Shown here: positions 60,801 through 64,000 of the stretch, one piece after another
How the letters are laid out: the number at the start of each line of letters is the position of its first letter
How positions within the stretch are numbered: position 1 is the first letter of the stretch
Origin: the human T2T-CHM13v2.0 reference genome, Homo sapiens
Assembly (NCBI RefSeq): GCF_009914755.1
Contig: NC_060934.1
Direction: 5' to 3' (one strand)
Length of the DNA: 64,000 bases
Position numbers and translations under genes: made by a program
Notes under the pieces: generated by a model
Told to the model about the DNA's origin: nothing
Databases searched by the model: none
Seen by the model: only the letters and a program-made list of their open reading frames with translations

Positions 60801-62789
60801 TGAACTGAGATGCAGAGAAGTTTTACAGCTTGTTGGAAAGAGAGCTGGGACTGGAGCCTAACTTCCAATTCCCAGCCCAATATACTCTTTATAATATCCT
60901 GTCTCTCCCATGCATCCGTGAGTTTCCCATTTTATATCATCATGGCCTTGAAGACTCAATAAGGAATCACCAAGGTGATGCCAGACTTACTTCCAAATGT
61001 TTCTTTAATTTACATGTCTAGGTATGCCAAAGGTTAAGATCAGAGATATTCTGTTACTATCTAATGTGAATACAGTATTATTAGCTAACCAATCGTATAG
61101 TCAAATTAGTTTTTTGTTTGTTTGTTTAGAGTATTGGGTATACACAGCCCACAATCTCTTCAACTCTGATAAGGGAAATATCTTATCATTTACTCTTTGA
61201 AAGTTCACATAAAAATATAAAAATGAAAAGTTTCATGTGGGTTTTATTACCACCAAAATCTAATTGGCCCAAGAAAAGGAAGCATATACAAACATTTTAT
61301 AGATTGGTCAACAGTTTCTCCCCACCAACTTCTTCTCATATGTTCATTTTTATTTTTTTGTATTCCTTTGGAAAATATTTGACACACACACACACAAATG
61401 AAGGATTCAGAAACAGCATTTTTTTTAAAATTGAGAGCACCAGTGAAAGATTAAAGTGGGATATCAGAGTTTAAGAAAATAAATTTAATAAGGGGAAAAT
61501 ATTACAGTTTGTCCTGAGCCAAGTTAAACATAAAAAACTATAGAAGGAAAATGACAAAAAAAAATGGTTTGACTTATAACAAGTTTTACAAATGTGATTC
61601 TCAGGCAGAGCACGGCCTACAGGTAGGCTTTGTTTGCTGGGCATACAGTTGGCCCACAAGGAGATTGTATAAATCTAAACATCTTGCTGACATTACAAAA
61701 CTGGAAGATTTTACACAATCATCTAGATTTCTGACTGCTCCTAAAAATTGGGAAAACTGCACAAAAGGCCTCTGTTTGAGCATGGTAAGCATTGGCTAGA
61801 ACTGAGTTGCAGGGGACACCTTCTTGAAAGAGCATGTGTTCCAGCTTTGTTCCCATCTCCATCACTGATTTTTGCTCCTGGACACTGAGCCTGGTCATGA
61901 TTGCTATGGTAATAATGTCACCTGTCTCATTCCCGTTGTATTTGTATATCTTAACCTAGTAATGGAGCCTTCTAAGCTTTATTAGAGATAAACTTTCTTA
62001 GTGTCTCACTTTTTCCACCTACTTAATGTGTCAAATGTTAACCTATAATTATACCTGGAAGTCCAGCTTTCAGAGATGAAACCCAAAGAGTCAAGATTTA
62101 CTCTGGTTCACAAAGGCTTTTAAAACTCTTACCTTCTATTTCCACACACCTTGTTGCTTTCCTTTGATAAATCTTTTGCTGGCCCGGAACTGAAACTCAC
62201 AGCACAGCACAGCACAGCACAAGCAGGGCTATAAATTTTTACTCAAGTGATGGGCTTCCTTTGAACCTGTCCTGACGTCGTCATTACCAGCTCCAATTCC
62301 ACATTCTGGCTTTCATTTCTTGGTACAGTGGTAAAATTTGAGGCTTGTCTCACAAAGTTACCACTAAAAAGAAAGGAAAAAAAGGTATGGATGATAATTT
62401 TAATAAGGCATGGAAGATAAATTGCTTTTGAAAAAAGAATTTTAGAAAGCTTCTTAATAATTTATGGTTAACTTCCAAATTGACTTTCAGTGTTAATTAT
62501 AAGACTGTACTTGCAGTTTTGCAGTTTTGGTTACTCAAGGCACTTTCTCTGATTACCTTTGATTCTCAAAACTCTTCACATTGCTGCCATTACCATCTTT
62601 ATTTCAGGTCACAAAGGTAATTTATTACTTCATTTTCTTTTATTAAAAAAATCATCTTGCTGGGTTCCACCCTGACTCCCCTTGGAACCTACAAATTATT
62701 TCATGAGCTGTTGGTGAATTCATTGATTTATTGCTGTTTTGGCCATTGGTCCCTAACATTTTCTTAGAAATTGTGCTTGTTTCTTAACT

Positions 62790-63590
62790 CTTTAGTATAG
62801 AAATTTTCAAAAGCACACAAAAGTAGAGGGAATAATATAGTAAATCCCTGTGTGCCTATCATCTAGCTTCAACAGTTAGCAACATATAACCAATCTGATT
62901 TTGACCCTCTTAGATGACATATTGTGTAATTGTATTTATCATACAGATATGTAATTTTATTTGTATTTCTGAGACCATAATGACTCCTATTAATGACACA
63001 TTATCATAACTAAAAAAATAACTTATTAATCTAATTAACACTATTTGTTAATGTTGACAACATTATTATTACTAACTTTACTGGAATGGATTTCAACTAC
63101 TATCCAAACTTTGTTCAAATTTCACCAATTATCCTGTGAATGACTTTTTATACTAATTTTCATTGTTTATTTTGCTCTGTCATGGCCCCTCCCCGCTTTC
63201 CTTTTCTTTCTTTTTTATTTTTGCAAATTATATGTGGAAGAACCTGAGTTCTACAGATTTTTTTTTTCAGAAAATCCTTCAGAATTTCCTACCTCCTAGA
63301 CTTGGCTGATTACATTCCAGTGGCGGTCTTAATGAGTTTGTCTATCCTCTGCGTTTTCTATAAATTATTAATTTAATCAAGTGGCTTGGTCAGACAAAAA
63401 GACTTCGATTTTTTCATTGAGACTATTTCGTAGGTTGTGTGGATACTACCTATTTCATCATATTGGTAGAAACAATGTCTGGGTGTTTCTCCTTTTTATA
63501 ATGTTAAGGGTGAGCATCACCTTCAGATGTTATCAATCTAATCTCTCCATTACAAAGTTTGCCTTTGACTTTTACCTAAAACGCTTTTGG
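62790..63590 (-). mobile_element. Old LINE-1 3'UTR (L1MC/ME-like)
   Basis: 'aaattttcaaaagcacacaaaagtagagggaataatatagtaaatccctgtgtgcctatcatctagcttcaacagttagcaaca'. Confidence 0.7.
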
Positions 63591-64000
63591 CATGTTTCTT
63601 CCAGAGGCTGTGGAAAACAGGATTATAACAGAGAAATAAAACCCCCCAAACAGACAGAATACTGAACCTTCTGTTCAGCTCTGGAATTACTTTGGTATTA
63701 GGGACTCATCATCCTCTGTTGAAATTTTCTCTCTTGTTATCTTCCTGTGGTATCTAGTTTTGCACCTCATTTCTTCCAAAGCTCCTCTGCTCAATCAGCT
63801 GTGTTGGGGACAGGCTGCTAGGTCAGAACCTGACTCTGTTTCTGCCCCTGAAGCCACTCAGCATAAGAAAGAACTTGCTATTTTCTAGGCTGCCTTACCA
63901 AGTCCTGAGAAGGTCAGCAGCATCTCCTGACCTTGCAGTCCAGAAAGTGGGATAAAAAACAGTAATCCTGTGAAATAGTTGTGTAGATATTTTCATCCCC

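Overview
Primate (very likely human or great-ape) AT-rich non-coding DNA: AluY, AluS/J, FLAM, L1PA, MIR, L2, MER and MaLR/ERVL relics are all recognisable. I find no host protein-coding exon, RNA gene or CRISPR array. The ORF-track entries that resemble proteins come from L1 ORF1/ORF2/ORF0, Tigger1 transposase, or antisense frames of L1, Alu and microsatellites. Layout: 1-17 kb is a nested pile, where an ancient class III (ERVL-type) provirus (gag-pro-RT-RNaseH-IN-dUTPase, minus strand) is split by two L1s, an Alu and an MST-type LTR, with flanking old L1M and a Tigger1. 17-35 kb is MIR/L2-rich with short L1PA inserts. 35-41.5 kb is a full-length, inactivated L1PA3/4-like element. 42-64 kb holds older L1, MLT2A, LTR33-like, a two-LTR MLT1 element, Alus and MER20s. 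I see no new gene system. The most unusual signals are DNA-copying scars: a ~214-bp MIR-containing foreign segment inside the young L1's ORF2; a 54-bp copy of ERVL sequence inside an Alu 929 bp away; a ~200-bp inverted local duplication dropped into the ERVL integrase; a 78-bp target-site duplication; and several micro-templated or fold-back patches. Subfamily names come from recall of consensus sequences, not a database search, and boundaries of old repeats are approximate.
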